Part shown: in pieces, positions 27,860 to 43,700 of the stretch | Layout of the letters: the number at the start of each line of letters is the position of its first letter | How positions within the stretch are numbered: position 1 is the first letter of the stretch | Source: Kudoa neothunni | Taxonomy: Eukaryota; Animalia; Cnidaria | Assembly (NCBI GenBank): GCA_964304625.1 | Contig: OZ199839.1 | Span: 4,978,837-5,042,836 of the forward strand | Direction: 5' to 3' | Length of the DNA: 64,000 bases | Program-made: the position numbers and the translations under genes | Notes under the pieces: generated by a model | What the model was told of the DNA's origin: nothing | What the model saw: only the letters and a program-made list of their open reading frames with translations | Databases searched by the model: none

Positions 27860-30637
27860 ATATTAACATCGTATTTATTAATTTAGCTCTTTATATAGTT
27901 TCTTACTTTGTTAGATATTTTCTTTACTGTTAATTTATATGATTGGTGTGGATGCTAATTTAAATTTATTTTTATGTCGTCTCAAATTGAAAACGTCATA
28001 TAAATTTGCAAATTGTTTTTATAATCATTTAAAAATTTGTTAGAATGATCTATAAAATATGTAATAGGTATTTATATACACTTAATGTTTTACTAGAAAT
28101 TCCTGTTTTTAAAAAAATTATCATATAATTATAAGAAAAGGTATCTATCAGCTTTTGCGACCTTAAATAATGTATTGATTAATATTTTGAGTATGAATCC
28201 AAAACATTGAAGAAAATTTCAATGATCCCAGATAAAGATCAATACTTAAAATAGATCATTTTATAAAGTATGTCCTTTCAATATTTTTATTATTTTAATT
28301 TTTACAAAATTTGATATTTTCAAATAAATAATACTTTCGCTTTCCCTTTATATCAAATTTTTCTTATTATATTGGATGAAAATGACTTGTCGTGTTTGCT
28401 TTCAAAAAAAGAATTAAAATTATCGTTGTTGGGATTAATTAAAGATCTCAAGGAAATATTCAACTGAATTAAAACTTTAAATAAAATTTAAATAACATAC
28501 TTAGTGAATTAACTTTTAAAGTTATATTTCAACCATTGCTTCAATTATCTGAAACATGATCGAATAAAATATCTTTAAAATAATATTTCTATTATTTACA
28601 ACATAAAATGACATCCAATGAATAATATATTAATCAATTAATTAATAAATTCCCATCAACTTATTTTTTAGCACGTAAAAATTTAATCGACTAATAGATC
28701 ATCAAAGAGGACGCTATATTTAACAGTTCAATCTGCTTTTTATTTCCATTTACATGAATTCCCTTTTATCCCGCATTAAAATATACAAATATAATATTTA
28801 ATCGATACAGTTTAATCAAATATTTCAAATTCTCCACACTACTTAGAAGGAGTCGAAACTCTTCTTGAAGGAGAATTAAGATTTTATATTGGCTAAAATA
28901 TTTACGTTTCTTATACATTTAACTTTTTAACACAAAATAGTTGACATTTCGCGTTAAAATTCGTTAATTTATAGTTTCTGCAGTGATATTAGTAAGTTTA
29001 TACTTTAGCTAAATACAGGAACTCAAAATATACTATTTTCATACAAATAATCGTAAACTAAGTTTTTAATTAATATATATTCGTATATTTATTTAATTTT
29101 GATCATAAAATAGGGAATTATGTGAAAATTATTTTTTATAATATAATGTGAGAATCCTAGTTGAAGGACTACGTCTCAGATTAATTGGGGTTATTGGTTG
29201 TAATTGGCATCAAATTAATGACAAAATATTTTTAATATTTCTAAATAAAACCTAATACATTTATATTCAACTATGAAGAACATGTATTGCTTACAAAATA
29301 AAATGTTTAAATGTTCAACACAATGATTATTTCTGAAAAATAATTATCATTTTCACGTATAAATCTAATAATTGGAAAATATTCCTAAAATTTTTCACTC
29401 AATTTTACAAGAATTGCTAAAGTTAGAATGTTATATTTAAGATTAATGACAAATTAATTCAATTATTTTCCTGGTATTAAATAAATTTCATAATATTTTT
29501 GTAGGAAATGACCCAATTTTAAATTTCAGTCTAACCTATATTGATCAAATATTTTTTTACTCTAATGGTTCACTGTATATTAATCTAAATTTTACTGCCG
29601 TTATAGCTCAAATGCACTTTCTCAGTCCTATTTTAGTCCCCCGAACTTCACACGTAGATCAACTTAGGCAATCTTGGGTATTATTTAATTAATATTTATT
29701 TTCCTAGAAAGTTATGATATTAGTAATTAATTCATCTAAGAATTTTATCATAATAACTATATTATTATGCTTTTTCGCTAAAAATATAAAGTCCTATTTT
29801 TAAACGAAATGCATATATTAAGATATTTCATTCCATTTAAATATTGTTTGAAAATTTATGGAGTTTATAAACTTAAAGGTATATCATATTTTCATACAAT
29901 ATATTCATTTTTAACTATTTTAATACTTTAAATTTTCATGACGAGAATTTTTAATATAAATAGCACAATGGATTCAATTTATTAGTATTATTTAAAAATA
30001 AGACTACTATGAAATTCATTTTAATTATAAAATTAATTCACGAAATAATTAGTTAAATTTGTTCCATAATGAATTTAACACAGTAAAATAATTATGTCAA
30101 TAACCTGTAAATTATTACCGAATTTCGTACATTTACCAATTATAGTTCACTTTGTTCCCCAAAAGAAATCACAATTTATTTTCCTTATATTAAAATGTGT
30201 TTTAATGAGCACTGATTTTGGTATTTACAGCATTTCTAAGTAAACTTTGACTCCCAAATGCCGTGATGCGCATGAGCCATAAAAATTACTTTGATAATAT
30301 TTTTAAAATATGCTGGAAATCCATTAATAATTGTTCCTAAAAAATAATCGAGAATAACAATTTCAACCGTAAGCTTTACGATTTATATCGTAACACGGAG
30401 AATTATAAAAAATGCAAATTATTCTGTAAGAGAATGCCAAATCAGCTATCTAAATTTAAAAGTTGAATCTGCAGAAAACTAACTTAGTTTTGCCTCTAAA
30501 AAATTCATTTAATTATTAAGCAAATGAATCATAAAATTCACGCATAGAGAACAACAAGAAATTTAAATGTATTAAAGTGAACAAAAAACAAGGTGGTCGA
30601 TTTAAGCGATTATATAATCATCAAATCAGATCTATTA

Positions 30638-33600
30638 TTATTGAGTGTATGTACATATTTTGGATATTTTTACAATCCCATGCAGACTGGCCTTGACTGC
30701 GCTGAGAAAATGATCCTAAATTGAAAGTTTTAATTTAAAATTAAACGTCAACAATTCAAAGGATAAATACAGGAGGGAAGCGCTCTTCATTGAAATCGGT
30801 AGGAATTCGATTCGGGTTGGCATAGGAAGTGGGCGTTATTTTATCAACAACTTGGCCGCTTAGAACCATAGAATTATAATCCAAATTGTTATTGTTTTCA
30901 ACAAAATAATCTTCGAAGGTGGTCTAAAATGATTGAAAGCTTAGTTCAGTTATCAATAAAGAGAAGGTTGACCAACATTGGAAACCATAGTAAGAGCAGT
31001 GACGGGTCTTTTTTGATCCGACCGATACACACAATTAAGACAGCGACGATATTGGATATCAATCATCGGTTCCATACAAATGACCATATTGGCTCCCCTC
31101 AAATTGATATCGGGCATATGTTGGCTCACTTTCACTAGACAAAGTGAAGCTTGGGGGAGTTGGTCATTGTTGAAATTGTTTAAAAAAAGTTGTTGTTTGC
31201 AAGTTAATTTTTGTGGCTTGATTCGCAGATAGTTGACACCATTTTTCCAACGACTGACTCCCACAGACGAAGAGGCAACTCTGCTAGTTCGAAGTGAAAT
31301 TTGAAACAAGCTAGCAAGGGCCGCTTCAAAATAATCAAAAAATGATATCTCTTCACTGAACACGACAATTTTTAATGTATTATTAGAGCAAACACTCAGA
31401 AGTCGAAGCAGCAACTCAACTTTCATACTATAAGCCTTGTTGCGTATGTTGGTGAAAAAGTTAGCATAGGTGTCACTAGAGAAAAAAATTATAATTTGCA
31501 CCCAATGAAATCAAGCCCAAACTTGAGTTCTTTAAAAAGTGATTTTTTGTGAGGATCATAATGATCTTTGTTGCACTCATTGTTGCGGCAGGTGGTGAAA
31601 AAATTGTTAGAATCGGTTAAATCTCCTGGGGGAGGTTTATTTTCGGGTTTGGGCGCTGGTTTCAACCCAAGAGTGGATGGATGTAGAAGGGTGCATCGCA
31701 GCAAACTCACATAGTCCGAAAATTTGAGCTGATTATCCACCATATATTTCAGAATGTGGTTGTAGATGTTAACCTGAAGAAGGCTGGAATGAACCAACAC
31801 TCGAAATTCATTTAGCAATGGAAGTTGTGGCATTATAGCTGGTATTTTTAATTGCTAACAGAAACAAATATATAGAAAAATGGAGCCAAAAATCAACACA
31901 CAAATACATAGACTGATTTGCGTAGTTCAAGGTTGATTTCATGAAAAAGGCGAATTTTCTCTCGGTCTACTTCCTCGAGAGCTGTTCCTTTGATCTGTGT
32001 CAACGTTTTCACTTTTTTGACTAGATTATGAACTTTGTCAAATCTCAGCGATAAAAGCAATTCTGAATCTAACACAAACACAGACGACACTGAGAAAAAT
32101 CCACAAGAAAAAATTTACTATAAAAACAGTTCCAAAAGTTACGCGTATCAAACACTTTACTCTTGAGGAAGCTATTCATGAGTTTCTCGTCGTAAAGTTG
32201 ACTATTGGAAAGAAATAATTTTTTCTTAGTGTGTATTTGATGGACATAAATTTCGAAAAATGGGCACAGATCTGTCAGAAGATCGTAATTATCGAAAATA
32301 GTGAGCGCAGGACCTAGAATGATGGATTACTCGTAATTGAAAAACATCAAACTTTACCATCAACACTCTCAAACAGAGACTTCGGTTGACTAATATGTCG
32401 AATGTATTGGGCGTAATCGATCACTGCTATCTGCCACATCTCACCCCAACCACAATAATTCGGCTCCAGATTCAGCGTTTGATAATACCGACCACAAAAT
32501 ACCGATTTCTAAGTTATATTCTCATTAGAAATAAAATTTCAACTAGTAGAGAAAAAACACTAACAACTACAACATTAATTATGCTAACTAATCTGGTAAC
32601 AAACCTACTACCAATTATGCTAGCAACATACAGGAGTAAACATGCTTGCTGGCATCAGAAATTGAAGGTCACTCGTCCAATTTTCGGCAGAATTTCGATC
32701 GATAACAATCAAAACTTTAGTGTTTTTGGAGTATTTCGACTTGAGAAACGCTTTTAGAAATGCTACAATCTATTAGCGACAATAATGTTTCTTCAGTATC
32801 AAGAAATAAAAAACTACCGTTCGCCGCCTCTCGAGACAATCCTCATGCACCAAACAGCACGATTCTCCACAACCAGACTGAATATCTTTATGCCATTCTT
32901 CAAGACAACCCACAACACGTTCAAATAGAAATTTGATCGATTCCAGCTGATATGGTTTTAGATGGAGTCTGTCTCGAAGATCAAGTTGAAAATCATCATG
33001 TAAATCCAATCTGTTGACCTATATAATATCAGATTTAATCTTTTCATATTATCAACAATTGCGACGAACATCTTTATTTTTTCGTTCCAAGGGTGTCACC
33101 GGTGAAAACGATAACACATCATATCTGAACATTTCATCGTAATCCAATCTCTGGTTTACATTCACATCAGTTACAACAATAAAAACAAATTGATAGATTA
33201 CACTTGAATCAAGCATTACCACTCCAGATTGTATATTGTGAGGTCCAAAATTGAAATTATCTAAATTTGGGTCGATCTTCTCATCAGGAAAACCTTCAAA
33301 TTGTCGGGTTAGAATCAAGTCTGCATTTTTCAGCATGTGATTCATTGTGCGAGGTTTACAACGAAAACACATCCAATCGTGGAGACGTTGCTTAACCATT
33401 CGTTTTCCATTCATTGTTAGAATCACATTCACACAGTTGAAGCAAAATCGCAATATACAACGACTACATTCGATATATCCAACAAGTTGTTCGGCTGTTT
33501 TTGTGCAGTAGAATTCCATTTTACAAATTGCACAACTGTTCTGCACAACCGAACGAGCCATCACAAGATCTTTCTCACCTTCTCTACATTTGGTTGAGTA

Positions 33601-33864
33601 GCATCTTGAACACACCACAAAAGTGAAAATTGGATGACTCAACCAAATAGTTTTTTTCATACGACGGCACAAACAACACACTGCGGTTATTGTCGGCTTT
33701 AATTTTCCAATGTATTTTTCTGTTAAACTACAAATGGTTGAATTTTGTTGTTGAGCGGCATCTTCATTGATAGAAATTTGTTGCTGTGATGGTGTCGATT
33801 TTTCGAGATTTTTTGGTGATTCGTTGATGATACCATTTTGTCGAGGTGGACGAAAATCCATCAT
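30638..33864 (-). CDS. ATRX: ATRX-like protein: ADD domain plus degenerate SNF2 helicase domain
   Basis: ADD finger CCLC...HPIFTFVVCSRC...CAIC...CSRCILRFCFNC...WMCFRCKP; LKPYQLESIKFLFE (Q motif); KVELLLRLL...KIVVFS; INLRGANMVI; VYRSDQKRPV; spliced frame runs to TAA at 30638-30640. Confidence 0.85.
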
Positions 33865-34882
33865 ACCTAATTCAACACTTTTCGAACGATAAATGTCTTT
33901 AGTTAGGGTTGTATACGCGGAAAAAAAAACAGACGTTGCGCGTGCGTCCGACCCATATCGGGGCTCGAGGGGATTCTAAACCTGAAAATAAATGTTCGAA
34001 TGTGAGAATAAATGTCTAAATGATGAATTTTGAATTAAGTGGGATTTATCGCCTATTTTGTCAGCTTGTTGAACTTATTTGGATTGTTTTAGATGTGATT
34101 TAATTCATTTACCTCTCTAGAGTTAGCTGAATTGAATTCGCGCACTAATTTATCAATTTACTGTTAGTTGGTTGTTATTTGCAATAAATAATTTAAATAA
34201 GCTCTAAGTATTTAATGATAATTTAGATATAGTATGTTTATATATATTTAATCAAAAATGTTGTTTAAACTTACTTTTATTTAATCTTTTATTTGAATAA
34301 TGTACATATTAGGGATATAGGACTGAAATGTATTCATTAATACATTTCAACGATAGATAATCTTTCAAATACATATCTTTAAATTTCGGATAATTTTTGA
34401 AGCTTTCGAGACATATTTTGAACATGAGATTATACTTAGCTATTAGTTATTGGCGGGAGTGAAAATTTTAAAATTGATGCACTACAAATTTCTGTATGAA
34501 ATAATCCTGCTCTAATCAAAATGCTTTGGTGTTTAGAGCTGTTAAACTTAGTTCTTTCTATTGTTATTCTTACGTTATTGGATCACCTTGGGAGTTGGCG
34601 ATATGGCGTGTGGGAAATTTTCCGTGTATTTACTTAAAATTCTCTGGTTCATCAAGGTGAGTTTTGATTATATCAATATAGGTATTGTATTTGTATGAGT
34701 TTAATTCAATTTTCATTACATTTCCATGGATATCTTTGAGTGATGAGTTTATGTGTTGTGAACATTAGCCATGTCAATGGTGTTGATTGTGTTTGCAAAT
34801 ATTCTATAGAGATCTAATTTGACACTAGGATAAAAACAAAAATTGTTTCATTCGACAACATTCTTCTTACAACATTTTATTG

Positions 34883-36932
<2,050 letters not shown>

Positions 36933-39189
36933 ATATTATCGTTCTAATTTCAATACTTAGTTTAGTAGAAAAATATACTTTTTATTATAGTTTAGTTGAC
37001 CTACCTTTTTTTAGATTAGCTCTTTTGCATTTGATAAATTTAACTTTAATATTCCTTACGATTATTCTTTAAATATTTTTAAATTTTCAGCTGTTTATAA
37101 TTTCAATTTGTTTAAAATAAAATATTGTTTCTTTTTATTAATAATATTTATATTTGATAAAAAACTTTTCTAATCGATTTTTTGCTTTTTGTCTTATTTA
37201 AAATTGAGTAAAACTATAATTTACGAGATAGGCCTGTTTTTATAATTAAAATTAAACAATTTTTGCAATTAATAATATTTTAATTATATCAGTGTTTTCC
37301 AACCTTAATTCCTCACATCCTACTTATTTAATAAATCAATTTCCTGGCCCAATCTAATTAAGAAATATTTATCACATTAAGAAAAAATGCTCAAAATTAT
37401 TCATTTATCATTTTAATTAACAGCAATAAAATTATACGAATGTAATATTGTACGATGTAAATTGATTGTACTTAAGCTTGCAAGGAAAAGGAGAAAAAAG
37501 TATTCCACTGATTGAAAAATATCGTTTTTTCTCAATTACTATTTATAAACAGTAAAAATTGATCGTAAATATTTATTTATATAAATAATTAATTACGCGA
37601 TAATAAAAAATAGGAATTCACTTAGAAAATTTGGATCACGACATCATTCGTAATTATCGCAGATTCCTTGTATTTTTCCCCTCTATGGTTGATAATTCTT
37701 TTATCGGTATATTATAAGCTTCTATTGGTTATTTCAGGTTGATTTTCCAAATCAGTATAGTTTTGAATAGTCTCAGTTTCTAAATAAATGTAACAAATTG
37801 AGTCCGACATGGTTCAAACCTATTGTTGAAGCATAAATTAAAGGGATCTGCATAATTTGAGGTCGAATAAGTTCACTCAAGACAAACGTAAGCATTCCCG
37901 GTCCTTTCATTTTATAATTTAATTTAATGAAATTTTTACTAAAGTTTGTTATACAGTTTTGTTTGTTGACTTTATTATAGTTTTTAAAATTTATTTTTGT
38001 CATGTTCGAAGAAAATAAGACCAAATTCGAAACAATTGTGCGAATATCGAAAAATACATTCATGTCCCTACGCTGCAAATTTACGATATGCCGAAATTTT
38101 TAATTTTATAAAATATGAACGTTAACCTTCATGATTCCAATAATAACATTAAATTTTAAAAATATAATATAAACTTTAAAACCAATTATATTCAATATAA
38201 ATTGTTTTGTAATAATTTATTTGATATCAAATTTTTTTCTTTAAAAATAATGTTTATACATATTTTCTCCTTATAATTTCTTCTTTAACAAATTTTCTGC
38301 CTTTATTTTCAATTAAATGTTTTAAATCAACATTTTATTAATTTTACTTCTTTTAACGAAAAAAATTTAATAAAGTCGATATAAGTTATCTATTATATAG
38401 CATACAGATCAATAATTTCGGATATTTTAATATTTTTGCACCTATTGAGAAATAATTATATTATTTGGATGATGATACACGCATTTTTTAGTAAAGTGAA
38501 AAAATCAGCCATAAAAAATATGTAAATTATCAAATAACTCGTTATTTAACAATCAGACTGAGTAATTTATTATTTATTTATAACTTAATTATTTTTTTAT
38601 GTAATTTTTAATTGTTAAAACAATAAAATCATTTTTTCAACATGTAAAGATTATAAGTATTTAAAAAATAATGTAGAGGGTTGACAAACTAAAACTAAAC
38701 CATTAGATTAGATTAATAATCCCTGAAATAAGAGGTCAAAGTAAAACATGAGAAACCGATATTAAACCAAAAATATTACGACATATAATTCCAGTTATAT
38801 TTGAGCAGTGATCACATTTAATTTTAGAAAATATTTCTTCTTGCTGAGTTCTCTCTCGGAATGATCTTTTAAAAGAAAGCAATAGAACAAAAAAGAAAAG
38901 TGATAAAAAATAAGGAGGTTAATGATTTGACACAAGATCCACATTGGTCCATTCTGTCTAACTATTGCTCAATCCACACAAATTTATCGATGAATTCTGA
39001 GAAATTTATACGACTCACCGACGAAAAATACTGCATTAAGCGAATCAAAATGAACTGCCGGCACGATATGGGATTTATTTAAATTTAAGGAGAATAAATA
39101 GAAAAAATAGACCGTTAAAACTAACAATCATTTATAGTTTTATAAAGGAAAAACGACTCGAACGATATTATAATTGTTTATAATGAGGT

Positions 39190-40615
39190 TTAAGGAACAT
39201 GTTTGATGAGCGTGTTGATTTTTGACATAAGCACATCGCTTTCAGCGATCAGCTGTTGGAATTGGATGTCCTTCTTTTCAGCGACTGAGTTGTAAACGAG
39301 TCCTTTAACCTTATCGATTTTACAGGCAAGTTCTCCATTGCTGATGTAGCAAGAAAGTTCGCTAGACAAAAGTTAGTGAAAATTTTGTTTACAACTAAAA
39401 TAAATTACGTATCAACATCTTCCACAGTTTGGCCAATAGCGTGGGCCAAAAAATCAATTTTAAGGCTTTTGAACGAGCACAGTAATTGTCTATAGGCGGT
39501 GATTCTCAATTTATCCACCAAATACGTAGCATGGTCAGTAAAAAATATATCTTTCGACACAAAATCCGCCACATATTTCAAATCGGCAAAAAATTCCTGA
39601 TAGCTGCATTGATAGAGCATATTGGGAATATTTCTAATGTGATCATCGGAGTAAGTGGCTTCTTGAATTTCTGGCGCATTGATAACCTAGAAAATTTTCT
39701 TCAAATAATTTTCATCGCCAATCACACAGAAATACATCTTTCTTGATGCTGCTTCTGGATCGACAAATGGTCGAAACGAGGATGGTATAAATACCTAGAT
39801 CGTGGAAAGAAACCACTTCGGTCATCGAAAAGGTGGTGAAAATTTGATGGAACAAGTTGGCAGCTGTTTCAAAATCTCTGTTCCAGACATTGTAAAGTCC
39901 GCAATAAAGTTTGAACTTGTTTCTAGTTTCCCAATCGATTTGATCATCACCACAACTACAACGACAAAAAACTCTCAAAAGTTGTTCCACAATTTAATCA
40001 TAAAATACCCTTTAGCAATTTTAACAATTCTTCCCATTTCACATCGATTCAAATGAAAAATGCACGAGCGCATCATCATAAAAAGTATTTTGAATTTGAT
40101 TCCAAGTGAGCAAGTCTTGTTTTGTAGAGCTGTGTCCAAGACATCCAAAATTGTATCCTAATTCATGCATCAAATCACCTCGAACCACACATCAATGGCA
40201 ACTACCAAATCGACACCAATAACTGCCATATATTCGGCTTTTTCAATAATGGCATCTCTTAGTTCCAAATCACCTTCTCTTGATCGTGCATATTCGATAT
40301 TTTCTTCCAATTTTTGCAAAACTAGCTCGTTGTTTTCTTGCATCACTTTCAATATTTGGGGCTCTTCTTCCAGTTGGAGTTCTCCACAATACACTCTATA
40401 AAATGGTGCCATATCTAAAGTTATTTATCGATTTTAATAATTAAAATAAAGCTACTATATTTGATAGCATTCTCTTGAATGTAACCCAAATGTTCTGGAA
40501 ATTTGGAAGAATCAAATTTTTTAAGTTGGAATAATTTTTTGGTCAGATTTAAGTTAGGGAATTTGTTTGGTTCATCCGACCCTGGGTACACAACCTTTTC
40601 TGGAGTGAAGGACAT
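39190..40615 (-). CDS. PSMD6: 26S proteasome lid subunit RPN7
   Basis: MAPFY; EGDLELRDA; DWETRNKFKLYCGLY...RDFETAANLF; LRITAYRQLLCSFKSL; ELSCYISNGELACKIDKV (PCI domain). Confidence 0.93.
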
Positions 40616-40742
40616 CCCTTAAAACGCTAAGACTCTATGTCCTATGTCTGCGCAACTTACTCAGCGACATTGCTACGCGCATAGTTTTTGGCGTGGATTT
40701 CCTCTCTAATATTTGATCTCAGTAGGTTGTTATAGTTTTTAG
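40616..40742. promoter_or_regulatory. Bidirectional promoter region of PSMD6 and MSH6
   Basis: 127 bp between divergent ATGs; central GCTACGCGCATA; splice acceptors next to both ATGs. Confidence 0.7.
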
Positions 40743-43700
40743 ATGAAAGATCTATTCTCTTACTTCAAAGTTAATACCGAAAATTCTACTCAACCATTGC
40801 CTGTTAAGAGACACAAGGAAAATGATTTCGATAAAAATGAGTCCAAAACATGCCCATTCAAAATGTCAATGGATGTGTGTGAATCAGATTTTAATTTGAA
40901 TTCTGGGGATATTTGTGTGATGTCCTTGGAGAAAAACCAATTGTTTTTTCCAGTGATAGTAAACGATTCCAGACCCAGACGAGGGGGATCCAATGAAAAT
41001 ATTAAACCCTCTAAAAAGTCACTAATTTTTTCGAATTAAATATAAACTATAATATAATAATAGATTTTCAGTCAGTAGATATGGTTCAAGTGATGTGTTA
41101 TGGATAGATCGAAGCAACCAACGAGATTTGAAAGTGATCGCGTCAAAGAGTGAATTGTTAGAATACATGAAGAGTAATAAAGATGCTAAAATCACTTCGG
41201 AATTTGAAAATTTCTTACATTTGATGGATTTTACGCCAAGTGAAAGATTGGATGTGATTTACTCGTTGTTGGACAGTCAACATGAATTCTCTGAGGATGA
41301 AGTTACTCCTCAAATTAAAGTCAGTAAAAGAGTCTCATTTTTAGATGATTCAGATAATGAAGATAATCGCGCAAACAAAAGTTTGGTAGAATCAGAAACT
41401 TCTGTGTTGCAAATGTCAAAATACAGTTTTCATCTCGATGATAATCAGGATAATGAAGACAATGAAGGTGCTGGTGAACAGTCATTGCTCGATCTAGAAG
41501 AGATACTGAATAAAATAAAGTCCGAAAACAAATCATCTCGAAAAAATACAATGAGCTTAGTCGAAAATGACTATCAACATCATCATTTGGAATTTTTAAA
41601 GGATAAATTCCGGAAAGATATACATGGTGTCCCGCATTATCATTCCGATTCCGATAAGACAACCTTGTACGTGCCAAATAGCTTTATTAACTCCAAAGAA
41701 GTGACGCCTGTGTTGAAACAGTGGTGGAGGATGAAAAGCGAGAATTTTGACACTGTTTTGTTGTTCAAAATGGGAAAATTCTATGAAACCTACCATATGG
41801 ACGCCGATACAGCTGTAAAAGAATTGGGTCTCATTTATATGAGAGGCAGTGTGGCACATGCCGGTTTCCCCGAACACAGCTTCCCCCAATATGCTAGTAC
41901 ACTCGTTCAAAAAGGATACAAAGTTGCTCGGGTTGAACAAACGGAGACCCCTCAAATGATGAATGAACGCATCAAATTGAAAACCTCATCCAAAACTAGC
42001 AATGATAAAGTTGTGAATAGAGAAATTTGTTCTATTATAAGCCCTGGAACCCGAATATTTGATCCTTTTGATGTGGAAGTTGAAGCCAACAATGCTTGTA
42101 TTAATGTCACCAACACAAATGACAACCATTGTGTTGTAGGTTTTGGTATGCTTGCCGTGGTTGTTGATGGTTCCAGTGTGGTTCATTCGGCTAAACAAAA
42201 TGAGTAATTAATTGTGAGGTTTCATGAATTTATTTTGATTGACTGTAAGATTGGGAGTTTGCATTTTGGATTGTTCAACCGGGCAATTTTTCTTCGGACA
42301 ATTCTCCGATGACAGCACCCTTAGTCAACTTCGAACCATGCTTTCTTCAATGCCCTTGCCTGTTGCAGAAATAATTATCCCCAAAAAAGTGGTTTCCTCC
42401 AATCTGCATTCTTTCATTAGTCGATCACTCTCACATGCAAGAAAGTAGTTTGTTGTTGTTTTTTCGTAGTGTTTTTGAATATAATTTGTCAAAAAGGGAA
42501 TATACAAACGATAAAATCGATTCAACACGAGCTATTCTACAAATGACTCCCTACTTCATTTCTTCCAATGGGGAAAACAACAATGATCCCTCATGTCAAT
42601 TGTTTAGTGCGCTGGATATCTCTTCCAGTGATTGCTCCAACTATTCACTTGCTTTCGTAGCTATGGGATATTGTATCAATTATCTGAAAAAAAATAAAAT
42701 TGATCGCAGAATTTTTTCGATGAAAAACTTCACCAAGTATGTTCCCAAATCGAATCAACTATCGTCATTAACAAATAACAACCTTCTCGATCAACGTTAT
42801 ATGGTATTGGACCATAATGCTATCACCAATTTGGATATTTTGTGCAATGAAGATGAAATTTTCAACAAAAGTGGAAGTTTGATTGGACTGTTGGACCATT
42901 GTTGTACACCTTTTGGACATCGACTTCTAGCCGGTCTCATAAGTCAACCACTTTTCCGAAAGTTCTTAGTTATATTTTTGTCTTAAATTTTATTTATTCG
43001 TAGAAAAGATATAGAGGAAAGATTAGGCGCTGTTGAAACTATTATGCGTTGGGATGAAAGAGAAGAGATCAGAAAACAATTACATACCTTACCCGATTTA
43101 CACAGACTCTTTTTCAGAATCCACGCCAATGGTGATCTTCTCACAAACGAGGATCATCCTGATAATCGGGCAGTTATTTTTAACGCTATTATGTTCAATA
43201 AGAAAAAAGTCAATGATCTGTTGAACGCTCTTGCCGGTTTCAACAAGCTTTGTGACATTGCTCAACAACTACTCCCGTTAGCTAAACACTCTTCGTTGAT
43301 TGAAAAACTCCTAGATGCTAATAATAAAACCAAATGTTATTTCAACACCAAACAGACCGTTGATTTCTTCCAGAATGCTTTTAACGTCACTGAAGCTAAA
43401 GAAAATGGCGTCATTATTCCTAAAGCTGGAGTACTTGTCGAATATGATCAAACAGTTGAGGATATTAACGAACTCCTACAGTGGTTTGATCTGCGACTTG
43501 AGGAACTCAAAAAAAGCACCTCTATTTCTACTCTTAAATATTGGAGTAGTGGTAAAATACGCTATTACGTTGAAGTCCCCCAAACTAACAAAAAACTACC
43601 ATCCTCATTTATTTACAAGTCGCAACGAAAAGGCTTCTGTCGGTATGCACTGGAAGAGTTGGAGGAACAGGTAGCTGTTCTCACTTCATTGGAAGATAAG

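Noticed and set aside
27900-30600. Long AT-rich gap searched for genes, ncRNA or arrays
   Set aside because: No convincing coding signal, terminal repeats or periodic repeats by eye; old transposon debris cannot be excluded
37290-37524. hAT-type MITE starting CAGTGTTTTCCAACC
   Set aside because: The putative right TIR matches only 10/15 and there is no TSD
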